A stretch of 64,000 nucleotides of DNA from positions 102-64,101 of the forward strand of contig JBBIRU010000030.1 of the NCBI GenBank assembly GCA_037441645.1, in the 5' to 3' direction. Made by a program: the position numbers and the translations under genes. The stretch is from Bacteroidota bacterium. Its GTDB lineage: Bacteria; Bacteroidota; Bacteroidia; Bacteroidales; GWA2-32-17. Position 1 is the first letter of the stretch, and each line of letters starts with the position of its first letter. The notes beneath the pieces were generated by a model. It was not told the DNA's origin, ran no database searches, and saw only the letters and a program-made list of their open reading frames with translations. This document shows positions 33,945 to 45,240 of the stretch, piece after piece.

Positions 33945-35963
33945 TTATTTTCGGATTATTTTCTTTATCATAGTTTCATTGCCTGTTTCAACAGACAGAA
34001 AATAAAGCCCCGGATCAAGATCCGACACATCAATTACAAGGCTTGTTTCTTCATTATTTATATCTCCGGTAGTATATCTTACAGGAAATTCCTGTCCTGT
34101 TACTTCATAAACTTTAATATTCATTTTCCGGCTATCCGGGTTTTTTACTTTTAAAGCACACTCCGATTCACATGGATTTGGAAAAACTTCATTATTAATT
34201 ACAGGCTCTGGAATATCTGACACATTTGTTACTACTGTTGAAGGATTTTTGCAATACAAAATATTTCCATATCCACCCGATACCCACCCATTTCCTTCAT
34301 CAGGAAAAACAACAGAGTAAAATTGATAGGCAGTAGGCAACGTATAACTATAATCAGTCCAGCTATATCCATCATAATGATATAAGCTCTGCATACCAAG
34401 AACCCATCCATTATCGGGTGTTACAAAGTTCACTGAACGGAACATTGTCCAGGAAGAATAAGGCATGCATGTATCCACCTGCCAGTCGGTTCCATTATAA
34501 TGCATTATCATACCGGAATCCCCGACAGCCCATCCATCGCCGGGGGACAAGAAATAAACACTGTTTAACCACGCCTGGCGATCATTATTGTAATTTTGCC
34601 ATACGCCATTATTATAGTGTATTATTGTACCATCTGTTCCTACTGCCCACCCATTTGCCGTATCGGTAAAAGATACTGAAAGCAGGGATGAGTCTGTATT
34701 GGATTCCTGCTGTACCCATACATTGTTATGGTAATGCAATACTATTCCATCCTGTCCAACAGCCCAGCCATTCAAAGAATCGACAAAATTCACACTACTT
34801 AAATTGTTACCTGTTCCCGACAACTGTCCAGACCAATTCCCATTATGATAATTAACTATTGTTCCACCTTCACCAACAGCCCAGCCATGTTCTAAATCCG
34901 GGAAACTTACACCAAACAGATTAGCATTAGTAATTTGTGGTAAAGAACTCCAGGTTCCGTTTAAATACTTTAATATTGTTCCTGACCTCCCGACAACCCA
35001 ACCATGATCTTTATCAACAAAGCACATTCCATCCAATTCATTTTGCGTTAAATTTACTGCTGTGTATGAAGAAACAGCAGTATTTGATATAATATCCAGT
35101 ATTACTCCCATATAACATGCTGCAAATCCACGGGAAGGCGTAACCATATCAAGCGATATTACATAACCGTCAGACGCACAATAAAATGACCATGAAGTTC
35201 CATTGAATGAAATAATTGTATCGCTAAAACCGGCAGCAAATCCATGTAATGGATCAGTAAAATCCAATGTTAGAAGATTAAAATTTACTCCACTGCTCTG
35301 TGTTTGCCAGTTAGTGCCATTAAAATATAAAACCGTTCCACTGTCACCCACTGCCCATCCATGAGAAAGATCGGTAAAATAAACATCGCGTAAATTACGC
35401 GTTGTAATTACAGGCCATGTATACCAGACATTTCCATAATATGATAAAATTGTACCGCTATCGCCCACAGCCCAGCCGTGTAATGAATCAGGAAAATACA
35501 AGGCATTCAAAGGTTTTGGTGAAACAGAATCACAAGTTGCAGATAATCCTGTTATTTTAGAAACTCTGCCTCCCCACCTTACTGCCCAGCCACTATTCTG
35601 ATTAAAAAAAAACATGTCGTTCACTCCCCAGCAAGATTCTAAAACTTTTTCCCAGGTAATTCCATTAAATCTGAAAATTCCGTTCTGACAACCTACCCAG
35701 CCTGTAGTATGAGATAAAAATAAAACAGATGATGGATTCACCATATTGAAACTTGAAGGAACAGAATAAAGGTTCCATTGGCCACCCGAATAATGCATTA
35801 AAGAATTGGTACCCACAGCCATCCAGCCCTCTGTAGTATCTATCATACTGATAGATTGAAAATTCACCATCGGAGGATTGGGATTTTGCCATTGCCAGAC
35901 AGGCTGTCCAATTACATTAAATGTTAAAACAAATAAAAAAAAGAACAATAAAATCTTTTTCAT
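33945..35963 (-). CDS. secreted Ycf48/BNR-like beta-propeller repeat protein, T9SS cargo
   Basis: Many GWAVG(D/Q)(S/G)GTI-type repeats are present. The C-terminal sorting domain is EVFPNPCESECALKV...GLYFLSVETGN. I chose the start at 35963 (MKKILLFFFLFVLTFNVIGQ); the ORF track extends to 35993. Confidence 0.8.
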   Translation of the reverse strand: MKKILLFFFLFVLTFNVIGQPVWQWQNPNPPMVNFQSISMIDTTEGWMAVGTNSLMHYSGGQWNLYSVPSSFNMVNPSSVLFLSHTTGWVGCQNGIFRFNGITWEKVLESCWGVNDMFFFNQNSGWAVRWGGRVSKITGLSATCDSVSPKPLNALYFPDSLHGWAVGDSGTILSYYGNVWYTWPVITTRNLRDVYFTDLSHGWAVGDSGTVLYFNGTNWQTQSSGVNFNLLTLDFTDPLHGFAAGFSDTIISFNGTSWSFYCASDGYVISLDMVTPSRGFAACYMGVILDIISNTAVSSYTAVNLTQNELDGMCFVDKDHGWVVGRSGTILKYLNGTWSSLPQITNANLFGVSFPDLEHGWAVGEGGTIVNYHNGNWSGQLSGTGNNLSSVNFVDSLNGWAVGQDGIVLHYHNNVWVQQESNTDSSLLSVSFTDTANGWAVGTDGTIIHYNNGVWQNYNNDRQAWLNSVYFLSPGDGWAVGDSGMIMHYNGTDWQVDTCMPYSSWTMFRSVNFVTPDNGWVLGMQSLYHYDGYSWTDYSYTLPTAYQFYSVVFPDEGNGWVSGGYGNILYCKNPSTVVTNVSDIPEPVINNEVFPNPCESECALKVKNPDSRKMNIKVYEVTGQEFPVRYTTGDINNEETSLVIDVSDLDPGLYFLSVETGNETMIKKIIRK

Positions 35964-36029
35964 AGTAATTGCTTCAAGGCAGTAAATATACAAAATAATT
36001 TTCTGAAAGTCAAGTAAAGAATTTGGTTT

Positions 36030-38813
36030 TCAATGGGCTTCCATCCAGTTAGCACCTGTTCCAATTTCGACAAGCAAAGGAACACTTAGCTTAACCGGAT
36101 TTTCCATTTCAGATTTGATAATCAGTTTTACTTGTTCAATCTCATTTTTATGTACCTCGAAGTCAAGTTCGTCATGAACCTGTAACAACATTTTAGATTT
36201 AAATCTGTTTTTTTCAAATTCGCGATAAATCCGGATCATGGCAATTTTAATAATGTCCGCAGCCGATCCCTGTATAGGCGCATTTATGGCATTTCGCTCG
36301 GCCATTCCGCGAACCATGGCATTCCGGGAGTTTATATCCGGTAACATTCTTCTTCTTCCGAAAAGAGTCTCAACATAGCCCAATTCTCTTGCTTGTTTAA
36401 TGGAGTTTTCCATATATGTTTTTACTCCGGGATATGTTTCAAAATACTGGTCGATCAATTGTTTTGCTTCAGTACGGGAAATATTTAAACGTTGTGCCAA
36501 GCCAAAGGCTGAAATCCCATAAATAATTCCAAAGTTAGCTACCTTGGCTTTTGAACGCATTTCACGTGTGACTTCAGAAGAAGAAATTTTATTTATTTTG
36601 GCAGCTGTAGCTGTATGTATATCTTCATTCTTAACAAAAGCATCAATCATAGCCGGATCATTACTAAGGTGTGCCATAAGTCTGAGTTCAACCTGGGAAT
36701 AATCGGCCGAAAGAAAAACATAATCGGAATATGTTGTTACAAATGCCCTGCGAATTTCATGACTGCGATTATCGCGGATGGGAATATTCTGTAAGTTCGG
36801 ATTGTTTGAACTGAGTCTTCCGGTTGCAGCAATAGCCTGGTTAAATGAGGTATGAATTTTCTTTGTCCTGGGATTAACCATCAGGGGCAGGGCTTCTACA
36901 TAAGTATTAAGCAGTTTCTGAACTGACCTGTACTCCAGAATTTTATTTATTATCTCATGCTTACCTGCATACTTCATCAGTTCTTCTTCACTGGTGGAAT
37001 ATTGTTTTGTCTTGGTCATTTTGGCATCGGATGAAATCTCCAGTTTCTCAAATAATATATCTCCCAGTTGTTTAGGCGAATTAATATTGAAAGTTTCTCC
37101 CGCCAGTGAAAATATTTCTGACTCGAATTTTCTAAGTTCTTCTTTCAAAACCACAGCATATTCTTTCAGTACTTTTTCGTCAATCTTAACACCGTTCCTT
37201 TCCATTCCGGAAAGTACAGAAATCAGGGGCATCTCCATTTCGGAAAACAAGTCTGTAAGACCAATCTCCCGGATCATTGGTTCAAAAACATTTCGCAACT
37301 GAAGTGTCACATCTGCATCTTCGCATGAATACTCTTTTATTGTTTCCATATCCACAAGGCGCATACTAAGCTGGTTCACGCCTTTTTTCCCGATCAGGTT
37401 CTCAATGGGCACCGGCAAATAATTAAGATAGGTTCGTGAAAGATAGTCCATATTGTGCCTTTGATCGGGCTGAAGAAGATAATGTGCAATCATGGTATCA
37501 AATAAGGAACCTTTTACTTTAATGTTATAATTTGCCAGAACGGAAATATCATACTTCATATTCTGGCCTGTTTTGCCAATTTTTTCGTTTTCGAAAACCG
37601 GTCTGAATTTTTGTACTTTTTCGTCAGCCTCAATTCTGTTGTGCGAAAAGGGAACATAAAAAGCCTCGTGCGGCTTAAAACAGAAAGCTATTCCTACCAG
37701 ATCGCAAAGTAAAGGATCGAGTGAAGTGGTTTCTGTATCGAAACAAAAGAAAGATGAATTTTCGAGTTCCTTTAATAACTGGTCTGTTTTTTCATCGGTA
37801 TTTACCAGGACATAGTTGTGTCCGGTATTTTTAATCGTTTTATAATCGACCTGTGGAAGTATTTCTGCAGGAGGGTCGAAAAGGCTGGGCTGCCCCGGAA
37901 TTGCTACGGCCTCAGTTACCGCCTGCTGGCCTGAAGAAGGCTTAAATTTCAGAATTCTCGGCGCTATAGCCCTGAATTCGAGTTCCTCTAAAAGAGCCGA
38001 TAATTTACCAACATCAGGATCCGTCAGTTTCATTTCTTCTTCATGAATATAAACCGGAACTTCAGTGCAAATGGTTGCCAGTTCTTTTGACAATTTAACC
38101 TGCTCGGAATTATTCTGAATGGTTTCCTTAACCTTTCCCTGTAATTTGTTTGTGTTATGAATAAGAACCTCGATACTCCCGAATTCCCTGATTAATTTCT
38201 TCGCTGTTTTCTCGCCGATACCAGGTGCTCCCGGAATATTATCAGAAGCATCACCCCAAAGTCCTAAAATATCAATTACCTGTACAGGTGAATCCACTTC
38301 AAAATTCTTTTTTACCTCATCGGGACCCCAGATTTCAACCCCGTTACCCGACCGGCTTGGTTTGTACATTAATATGGTAGATGTAACAAGTTGGCAAAAG
38401 TCTTTATCGGGAGTCATCATATAGGTCACAAAACCTTGTTCGGATGCCCGTTTTGCCAGCGTGCCAATAACATCATCGGCTTCGAAACCCGGAACTTCAT
38501 AAATGGGTATATTTAATGCATCGAGTATTTTTTTTATGTAAGGAACAGCAAGTTTAATATCTTCCGGTGTTGCATCGCGATTGGCTTTATAAGCCGGAAA
38601 CTTATCGTGACGAAAAGTTTTCGCTGATGAATCAAAAGCAACAGCAATATGGGTCGGTTTTTCTTTTTGAAGAACATCCATTAACGAATTTAGAAACCCG
38701 AAAATGGCAGAGGTATTGAGCCCTTTTGAATTTACTCTCGGATTTTTTATAAAAGCATAATATGCACGGAAAATCAGGGCATACGCATCCAGAAGAAAAA
38801 GTTTATTTGGCAT
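36030..38813 (-). CDS. polA: DNA polymerase I
   Basis: The 5'-nuclease N-terminus is LFLLDAYALIFRAYYAF. Polymerase motif A is DYSQVELRLMAHLS and motif C is QVHDELDFEV. The length is 927 aa. Confidence 0.95.
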   Translation of the reverse strand: MPNKLFLLDAYALIFRAYYAFIKNPRVNSKGLNTSAIFGFLNSLMDVLQKEKPTHIAVAFDSSAKTFRHDKFPAYKANRDATPEDIKLAVPYIKKILDALNIPIYEVPGFEADDVIGTLAKRASEQGFVTYMMTPDKDFCQLVTSTILMYKPSRSGNGVEIWGPDEVKKNFEVDSPVQVIDILGLWGDASDNIPGAPGIGEKTAKKLIREFGSIEVLIHNTNKLQGKVKETIQNNSEQVKLSKELATICTEVPVYIHEEEMKLTDPDVGKLSALLEELEFRAIAPRILKFKPSSGQQAVTEAVAIPGQPSLFDPPAEILPQVDYKTIKNTGHNYVLVNTDEKTDQLLKELENSSFFCFDTETTSLDPLLCDLVGIAFCFKPHEAFYVPFSHNRIEADEKVQKFRPVFENEKIGKTGQNMKYDISVLANYNIKVKGSLFDTMIAHYLLQPDQRHNMDYLSRTYLNYLPVPIENLIGKKGVNQLSMRLVDMETIKEYSCEDADVTLQLRNVFEPMIREIGLTDLFSEMEMPLISVLSGMERNGVKIDEKVLKEYAVVLKEELRKFESEIFSLAGETFNINSPKQLGDILFEKLEISSDAKMTKTKQYSTSEEELMKYAGKHEIINKILEYRSVQKLLNTYVEALPLMVNPRTKKIHTSFNQAIAATGRLSSNNPNLQNIPIRDNRSHEIRRAFVTTYSDYVFLSADYSQVELRLMAHLSNDPAMIDAFVKNEDIHTATAAKINKISSSEVTREMRSKAKVANFGIIYGISAFGLAQRLNISRTEAKQLIDQYFETYPGVKTYMENSIKQARELGYVETLFGRRRMLPDINSRNAMVRGMAERNAINAPIQGSAADIIKIAMIRIYREFEKNRFKSKMLLQVHDELDFEVHKNEIEQVKLIIKSEMENPVKLSVPLLVEIGTGANWMEAH

Positions 38814-38887
38814 GTCGATTTTTCAGTAAAGATATAAAATCTATTTACAACTGACAATTAACAAATTACAATATATTGCACAGGTCT

Positions 38888-40009
38888 TTAGAAATTTTTA
38901 ATGGCATCTGTAATAAATTTCAACTGTTCATCCGACAATTCTGTGTGCATGGGCAACGACAAAACAGTTTTGGAAAGGTTATTTGTTATAGGAAAATTTT
39001 CATTTTTAAAACCATATTGTGCGTAGGCAACCTGGGAGTGAATCGGAACCGGGTAATATACCATGGCAGGAATTTTTTTCTCTTCGAGATACGATTTTAA
39101 TTTATCGCGTTGCCCGTTTTCAATAACTAATGTATACTGGTGAAAAATATGATCGGACCAGGAAACCCGTTGAGGAATTTTTAACCAGCTTAAACCGGAA
39201 AGTTCCTTATCATAAAAACCGGCAGCATAATTCCTGGCTTTGTTAAACGAATCGAGGTATTTGAGTTTAATGCTTAATACAGAAGCCTGGATAGAATCAA
39301 GACGGGAATTGATTCCTATATGATCGTGATAATAACGGCGCGTCATGCCATGATTGGCAATGGATTTTATCATCACGCCCAGTCTATCGTCATTTGTTAT
39401 TAAGGCTCCGCCATCGCCAAAACATCCCAGGTTTTTGGATGGAAAAAATGAAGTACAACCTATATGCCCGATAGTTCCTGCGCTATGTTTTTCACCATTG
39501 GTAAAGGTATAGGTACACCCATTTGCCTGCGCCACATCTTCAATAACAAATAATTTATATTTCTCCGCTATTGTCATGATTTTTTCCATATCTGCACATT
39601 GTCCAAACAAATGTACAGGAACTATTGCTTTGGTACGCGGGGTAATGGCTTTTTCAATTGCTTCGGGGGTAATTAAAAAAGTATCCGGATCAACATCCAC
39701 TAATACCGGGGTAAGTTCGAGTAATGCTATAACTTCAGCTGTTGCAATAAAGGTAAAATCAGCAGTAATCACTTCATCTCCGGCTTTTAATCCCAGCGCC
39801 ATCATGGCAATTTGCAGGGCATCGGTACCATTGCCACAGGATATTACATGCTTTGCATTAATATATCTGGCCAGTTCACCTTCGAACTTCTTTACTTCCT
39901 CGCCCTTTACAAATGAGGTTTCGTCAATTACCCTTGCAATGGCATTGTCGATTTCAACTTTTATTTTGTTATACTGACCTTTCAGGTCGACCATACGAAT
40001 AGGTTCCAT
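38888..40009 (-). CDS. DegT/DnrJ/EryC1/StrS-family sugar aminotransferase
   Basis: The PLP-Lys context is SFFPSKNLGCFGDGGA. The segment GNGTDALQIAMMALG is also present. The length is 373 aa. Confidence 0.85.
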   Translation of the reverse strand: MEPIRMVDLKGQYNKIKVEIDNAIARVIDETSFVKGEEVKKFEGELARYINAKHVISCGNGTDALQIAMMALGLKAGDEVITADFTFIATAEVIALLELTPVLVDVDPDTFLITPEAIEKAITPRTKAIVPVHLFGQCADMEKIMTIAEKYKLFVIEDVAQANGCTYTFTNGEKHSAGTIGHIGCTSFFPSKNLGCFGDGGALITNDDRLGVMIKSIANHGMTRRYYHDHIGINSRLDSIQASVLSIKLKYLDSFNKARNYAAGFYDKELSGLSWLKIPQRVSWSDHIFHQYTLVIENGQRDKLKSYLEEKKIPAMVYYPVPIHSQVAYAQYGFKNENFPITNNLSKTVLSLPMHTELSDEQLKFITDAIKNF

Positions 40010-40075
40010 ACAATTATTTTAGAATTCAAATATAATAAAAGTGATTAACGAAGTTTTATGTAATTACGTATGCTT

Positions 40076-40900
40076 TTACAATTTCTTTTTCTTCAGAATC
40101 CACCAACTGATTCCCAGGAAGATAACTATATATGCAATAGAAACAAGGGTGTTTCCCCATAATGGTAATTCAAACGGAGGCGGGGGTGGTTCTGAACTAA
40201 TTACCTGCCCGTTAACTGTAGTATAAAATTGTGTTTGTGTGGAAAAATGAAAAATATCCGGCAGGGGTGTCAGATTGGAAATTACTTTCATAGGAAAAAA
40301 AACAAGTATTTCATCCGGAAGAAATAACCTTATTATTGGTTCAATCATTAAAAAATACAGAAGAAAAGTAATAATGGAAAGAGCAATGTTCTTAAATAAC
40401 AAAGCAATCATAAGCGCTATAGACATATAGGCAAATGCCTGTACAAAATAAACAAATGGCAGATATATTTTATCCAAAATACCAGGCCATGTTTCAGAAG
40501 TATTGAAAAAGATTCCCAGAATAAGCGTTGAGATTAAAACTAAAACCACCCCGGCAACAGAAAAAACTCCCATTAACAAAGCTTTTCCTTTAAACAGTTC
40601 GCCCCGTGAGAACCCGTCAATTACATGTTGCCGGAATGTACGGAACGAAAATTCATTGCTGGTAAATATCATAATCATGATGGCCAGTAATAAATTAAAC
40701 CAGCTGGCTATCCAGGTTGTAATATTCCATAAATGAGGAAAAGCAAATAAAGATTTCGTTTCAAGTCCGGGTAGTTGAATATTTATTTGTGTAACGATGA
40801 AAAGGCTTAAAATATAAAGTATTATCCAGAATATGGCCGGAACCCAGAATCCTGCATAAGTATATAACTTTATAAATTCTATCTGTAAAAGTCGTTTCAT
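40076..40900 (-). CDS. ABC-2-type transporter permease
   Basis: The product has multiple TM segments. It overlaps the upstream ABC ATPase gene by 4 nt, indicating an operon. Confidence 0.7.
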   Translation of the reverse strand: MKRLLQIEFIKLYTYAGFWVPAIFWIILYILSLFIVTQINIQLPGLETKSLFAFPHLWNITTWIASWFNLLLAIMIMIFTSNEFSFRTFRQHVIDGFSRGELFKGKALLMGVFSVAGVVLVLISTLILGIFFNTSETWPGILDKIYLPFVYFVQAFAYMSIALMIALLFKNIALSIITFLLYFLMIEPIIRLFLPDEILVFFPMKVISNLTPLPDIFHFSTQTQFYTTVNGQVISSEPPPPPFELPLWGNTLVSIAYIVIFLGISWWILKKKKL

Positions 40901-41793
40901 TTATTTATCAGTTCAAGGAATTGGTCTTCCAGGCTACGTGTCCTGGTTTCAAGACTATTCAGTACAAATCCGTTTTCCAGAGCCAGTTTGTTAATTGTAC
41001 CTGTTTCAAAAGGTTGTTCAACTTCAATTAAAATTCCTTTCTCAACCTGACTTACTTTTTTCCCAACTCCTGCCCTGACCATAAACTCAAAAAGTTCATT
41101 GTTACGATCGCTCGAAATAAAAATATGGACAGTATTGGAAAGAAGTTCATTTACTCTTCCCGAAGCTATCAGTTTTCCTTTTTTTAAAACCGCCACATGG
41201 GTACAAACTTTTTCAACTTCATCGAGAATATGACTTGCCAGGATAATTGTTTTTCCGAGCGCTGCCTGATTTTTTATTATCTCACGTATATCAGCAATTC
41301 CCTGGGGATCGAGTCCATTGGCAGGTTCATCCAGAACCAGTACCTGCGGGTCGCCCAGTAAAACAGCAGAAAGAGCCAGTCTTTGTTTCATTCCCAACGA
41401 AAATGTGTCGAAACGATAATTCCGGCGCTCATAAAGACCTGTGATTTTCAGAACCCGTTCAATTTCCGATACAGGAATACCTTTAATTTTAGCAGTAATT
41501 GTAAGGTTTTGTTCGGCCGTTAAATAAGGATAAAAATTAGGCGTTTCAATAAGGGAACCTATTCCTGGTTTATAATTATGTCCTTCGCTCTGGTCAAACC
41601 AGGAAAAGGTTCCCGAATTGGGAGAAACGATTCCCATAACAATTGATAAAGTTGTAGTTTTCCCGCTTCCGTTAGGTCCGAGTATGCCAAACACCTGTCC
41701 CTGTTTTATCGACAAGGTAAGATCACTGAGAGCTTCAACAAGTCCATAACGTTTCGAAAGATTTTCTATATGTAAAATTTCCTGTGTCACCAA
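40897..41793 (-). CDS. ABC transporter ATP-binding protein
   Basis: Walker A is GPNGSGKTT, the signature motif is LSLGMKQRLAL and Walker B is LVLDEP. Confidence 0.9.
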   Translation of the reverse strand: MVTQEILHIENLSKRYGLVEALSDLTLSIKQGQVFGILGPNGSGKTTTLSIVMGIVSPNSGTFSWFDQSEGHNYKPGIGSLIETPNFYPYLTAEQNLTITAKIKGIPVSEIERVLKITGLYERRNYRFDTFSLGMKQRLALSAVLLGDPQVLVLDEPANGLDPQGIADIREIIKNQAALGKTIILASHILDEVEKVCTHVAVLKKGKLIASGRVNELLSNTVHIFISSDRNNELFEFMVRAGVGKKVSQVEKGILIEVEQPFETGTINKLALENGFVLNSLETRTRSLEDQFLELINK

Positions 41794-41821
41794 TGAATGT
41801 TTATCGTTCGTTGTTTATTGT

Positions 41822-44011
41822 TTAGTTGCCCATTTCTGAAATAAATTTCAACCTCATAAGCCGTATTTCTTCCCTTGAATAATCATCTTCCCCTAATTCT
41901 TCAAGCGCTTCGTTCACACCGTCAGATTCTGCATTTAAAAAATAATCATACAATTCAGCCTGTTTTTCTTCATCAATACTTTGGCCAATAGCATATCCCA
42001 GGCTTACTTTAGTACCGGAATAAACAATAGCCTCCAGTTCATCCAGTAATTCGTCAAAACCAAGTCCCTTTGAAACACAAATATCATCGAGCGGAATCTT
42101 ACGATCAATACTCTGAATAATGTAAACCTTGAGGCTGCTTTTATTTACTACCGACTTAACAACCATATCCTGTGGACGTTCTATCTCATTCTCTTTTACA
42201 TATGTTTGTATCAAATCAATAAATGGTTGTCCGTATCGCTGCGCTTTTCCCGCACCCACTCCCACTATATTTTTCATTTCTTCCATGGTAATGGGATACT
42301 GAATTGCCATTTCTTCCAGTGAAGGGTCCTGGAAAATAACAAAAGGCGGAAGATTTTGCTTTTTCGACAATTCTTTTCTCAGGTCTTTTAACATTGCAAA
42401 AAGTATAGGATCTGAAGCATTATCACCTACCTGTCCTTTGGGAAGATCATCATCATCCCCCTCTTCGTATTCATGGTCACGCATGAGCATTACAGAATAA
42501 GGATCTTCCATATATCTGCGTCCTTCGGCGCTTACCCTTAACAAACCATAATTCTCAATATCTTTGATCACAAATTTCTTAATCAGAGCCTGACGGATAA
42601 CAGCGAGCCAGAATTTCTTATTTTCATCGCTTCCGGTACCAAAGGAATCGGTTAGGTGATGATTGTATGTTTTGATAGAAGAAGTAGCATTTCCTGCAAT
42701 AATATCTGCAATATGTTCGGCTTTGAATTTCTCGTTTACCTCAATTATGGTTTGCAAAACGGTAACCATATGTTCCTGCCCGTCGAACTGAACTTTTGGG
42801 TTCAGGCAATTGTCGCAGTTTTCACAATTGTCTTTGGGATATTCTTCTCCAAAATAATGCAATAACAATTTACGGCGGCAGACAGATGACTCTGCATACG
42901 AAACTGTCTCGAAAAGCAGTTGTTTACCGATTTCCTGTTCGGCTACAGGCTTACCCTGCATAAATTTTTCGAGTTTCTGAATATCATCGTAACTATAAAA
43001 TGCAACACATTGGCCTTCTCCGCCGTCACGTCCCGAACGACCGGTTTCCTGGTAATATCCTTCGAGGCTTTTTGGCATATCGTAATGAATAACAAATCGT
43101 ACATCCGGCTTATCAATACCCATTCCAAAAGCGATAGTTGCAACTATAACATCCACCATCTCATAAAGAAACGCGTCCTGGTTATTGGCACGGGTAGTTG
43201 AATCGAGACCGGCATGATAGGGCAAGGCTTTAATGCCATTGGCAACCAGTTGTTCTGCCAGTTCTTCTACTTTTTTTCGACTCAGGCAATATATAATTCC
43301 CGATTTGCCCGAATTATTTTTGATGAACTTGATAATTTCTTTGGTTGCTCCTATTTTCGGACGAATTTCGTAATATAGGTTGGCCCTGTTAAATGAATAA
43401 ATAAATACGTTTGCATTTAATATTCCCAGGGTTTTAAGAATATCGTGCTGTACTTTAGGAGTTGCCGTAGCGGTAAGCGCTATAAGAGGGGCTTCACCAA
43501 TTTCATTTATTATCGGGCGGATTCTGCGGTACTCAGGCCGAAAATCATGACCCCATTCAGAAATACAATGAGCCTCGTCAATAGCATAAAATGAAATTTT
43601 AATTTTCTTTAAAAATTCTACATTTTCGTCCTTGGTAAGAGATTCCGGTGCTACATATAGCATCCTGGTTTTTCCGCTTAATACGTCTTCTTTAACCTGG
43701 GCAATTTCTCCCTTGTTTAAAGAGGAATTCAAAAAATGAGCAATTCCGTCATCACTGCTGAAACTCCTGATTGAATCAACCTGGTTTTTCATTAAAGCAA
43801 TAAGCGGAGATATTATTATTGCAGTACCTTTCATCAGAATTGCCGGCAACTGGTAGCAAAGCGATTTTCCTCCGCCGGTAGGTAATAGTACAAACGTATG
43901 CCTTCCTGCCATCAGGTTATTGATGATGTCTTCCTGGTTCCCCTTAAAATTATCGAATCCGAAATGTTTCTTAAGTTGTTCGTGTAGCGTTTTTTCCTTC
44001 TCGTTGGCCAT
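41822..44011 (-). CDS. recQ: ATP-dependent DNA helicase RecQ
   Basis: The motifs LPTGGGKSLCYQLPA and DEAHCISEWGHDFRPEY are present, followed by a Zn-binding C..C..C region and a C-terminal HRDC-like region. The length is 729 aa. Confidence 0.93.
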   Translation of the reverse strand: MANEKEKTLHEQLKKHFGFDNFKGNQEDIINNLMAGRHTFVLLPTGGGKSLCYQLPAILMKGTAIIISPLIALMKNQVDSIRSFSSDDGIAHFLNSSLNKGEIAQVKEDVLSGKTRMLYVAPESLTKDENVEFLKKIKISFYAIDEAHCISEWGHDFRPEYRRIRPIINEIGEAPLIALTATATPKVQHDILKTLGILNANVFIYSFNRANLYYEIRPKIGATKEIIKFIKNNSGKSGIIYCLSRKKVEELAEQLVANGIKALPYHAGLDSTTRANNQDAFLYEMVDVIVATIAFGMGIDKPDVRFVIHYDMPKSLEGYYQETGRSGRDGGEGQCVAFYSYDDIQKLEKFMQGKPVAEQEIGKQLLFETVSYAESSVCRRKLLLHYFGEEYPKDNCENCDNCLNPKVQFDGQEHMVTVLQTIIEVNEKFKAEHIADIIAGNATSSIKTYNHHLTDSFGTGSDENKKFWLAVIRQALIKKFVIKDIENYGLLRVSAEGRRYMEDPYSVMLMRDHEYEEGDDDDLPKGQVGDNASDPILFAMLKDLRKELSKKQNLPPFVIFQDPSLEEMAIQYPITMEEMKNIVGVGAGKAQRYGQPFIDLIQTYVKENEIERPQDMVVKSVVNKSSLKVYIIQSIDRKIPLDDICVSKGLGFDELLDELEAIVYSGTKVSLGYAIGQSIDEEKQAELYDYFLNAESDGVNEALEELGEDDYSREEIRLMRLKFISEMGN

Positions 44012-44120
44012 TTATTTCTCCTTGTCCTTGAATAATTTTGGTGTATGTGTTAAAAAAAATAATTTTGTATCCTAAAGTTAGAACTTTTTAAACGATATCT
44101 GCAAATATTTTTTTTAAAAT

Positions 44121-45107
44121 TTGATAAAACCACTAAAATTGAAAACTAAAATAGATATAAAGTCTCTCGCTGTAAAGACAATAAAGTCTGAAGCACAGGC
44201 TATAAATAAGATTGCGTCGCTGATTGACGAACATTTTCCTGCTGCCGTTGAACTAATTTACAAAAGCAAAGGCCGGGTAATTGCCACTGGAATAGGGAAA
44301 AGCGCTATTATTGCCCAAAAGCTTGTAGCGACCTTAAACAGTACCGGTACACCTGCCGTTTTTATGCATGCTGCCGATGCCATTCATGGTGACCTGGGAA
44401 TAGTACTTAAAGATGATGTGGTTGTTTGCCTATCGAAGAGCGGCGATACTCCCGAAATAAAAGTTCTTATACCTATTATTAAAAACAGGGGAAATAAAAT
44501 TATTGCCATTGTTTCGAACACAAAATCTTTTCTTGCAACTCATTCCGATCTTATACTTAAAGCAACTATTGATGGAGAAGCCTGCCCCAATAACCTGGCT
44601 CCTACCTCCAGCACTACTGCGCAACTGGTTATTTGCGATGCGTTGGCTGTTTGTCTTCTTGAAATGCATGGCTTTTCGAAGGAAGATTTTGCCCGTTTCC
44701 ACCCTGGAGGCACTTTGGGCAAAAAACTTTACATGACAGTAAAAGATCTTTTCCACGGACAGAAACCGCCTAAAATTTTACCTACAGACAGTCTGAAAAA
44801 TGTAATTGTCGAAATTTCTTCCAAAAGAATGGGAGCTGTTGCCGTGGTCGACAAAAAAGATAACGTGCTCGGTATTATAACTGATGGCGATCTGAGGCGT
44901 ATGCTTGAGAAAGGCCGCGACATAAATAAAGTAACGGCAAGAGATATTATGTCTCCATCCCCTAAAACCGTCTCTGTTGATGAAATGGCTATCAATGCTT
45001 TTTATTTAATGGAAAAGAATAAAATTACACAGCTCGTTGTTTGTAAAGACGGGAAATATAAAGGGATGCTTCATTTGCACGATATTTTGCAGGAAGGAAT
45101 TGTTTAA
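44121..45107 (+). CDS. kpsF: KpsF/GutQ-family arabinose-5-phosphate isomerase (SIS + 2 CBS)
   Basis: The SIS motif is GIGKSAIIAQKLVATLNSTGTPA, and there is a C-terminal CBS pair. The ORF track uses TTG as the start. There is no upstream in-frame ATG, so the start is uncertain. Confidence 0.85.
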   Translation: MIKPLKLKTKIDIKSLAVKTIKSEAQAINKIASLIDEHFPAAVELIYKSKGRVIATGIGKSAIIAQKLVATLNSTGTPAVFMHAADAIHGDLGIVLKDDVVVCLSKSGDTPEIKVLIPIIKNRGNKIIAIVSNTKSFLATHSDLILKATIDGEACPNNLAPTSSTTAQLVICDALAVCLLEMHGFSKEDFARFHPGGTLGKKLYMTVKDLFHGQKPPKILPTDSLKNVIVEISSKRMGAVAVVDKKDNVLGIITDGDLRRMLEKGRDINKVTARDIMSPSPKTVSVDEMAINAFYLMEKNKITQLVVCKDGKYKGMLHLHDILQEGIV

Positions 45108-45240
45108 AACAGATTTAGGCACTTCAAACTTTAAGTACTTTTCATTATTTGTAAATATTTTTGAATTTTTAATCTTTGTTTGGTTTTTAATCTTTTAATT
45201 TTGACCTTTATTTGATATTTATAAGCGACAAAAATAATTT

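Noticed and set aside
40150-40200. Penta-proline stretch (EPPPPPFE) in the ABC-2 permease as a regulatory stalling site
   Set aside because: It would need EF-P and is mildly curious. However, nothing in the sequence indicates a regulatory role, and it lies in a predicted loop.
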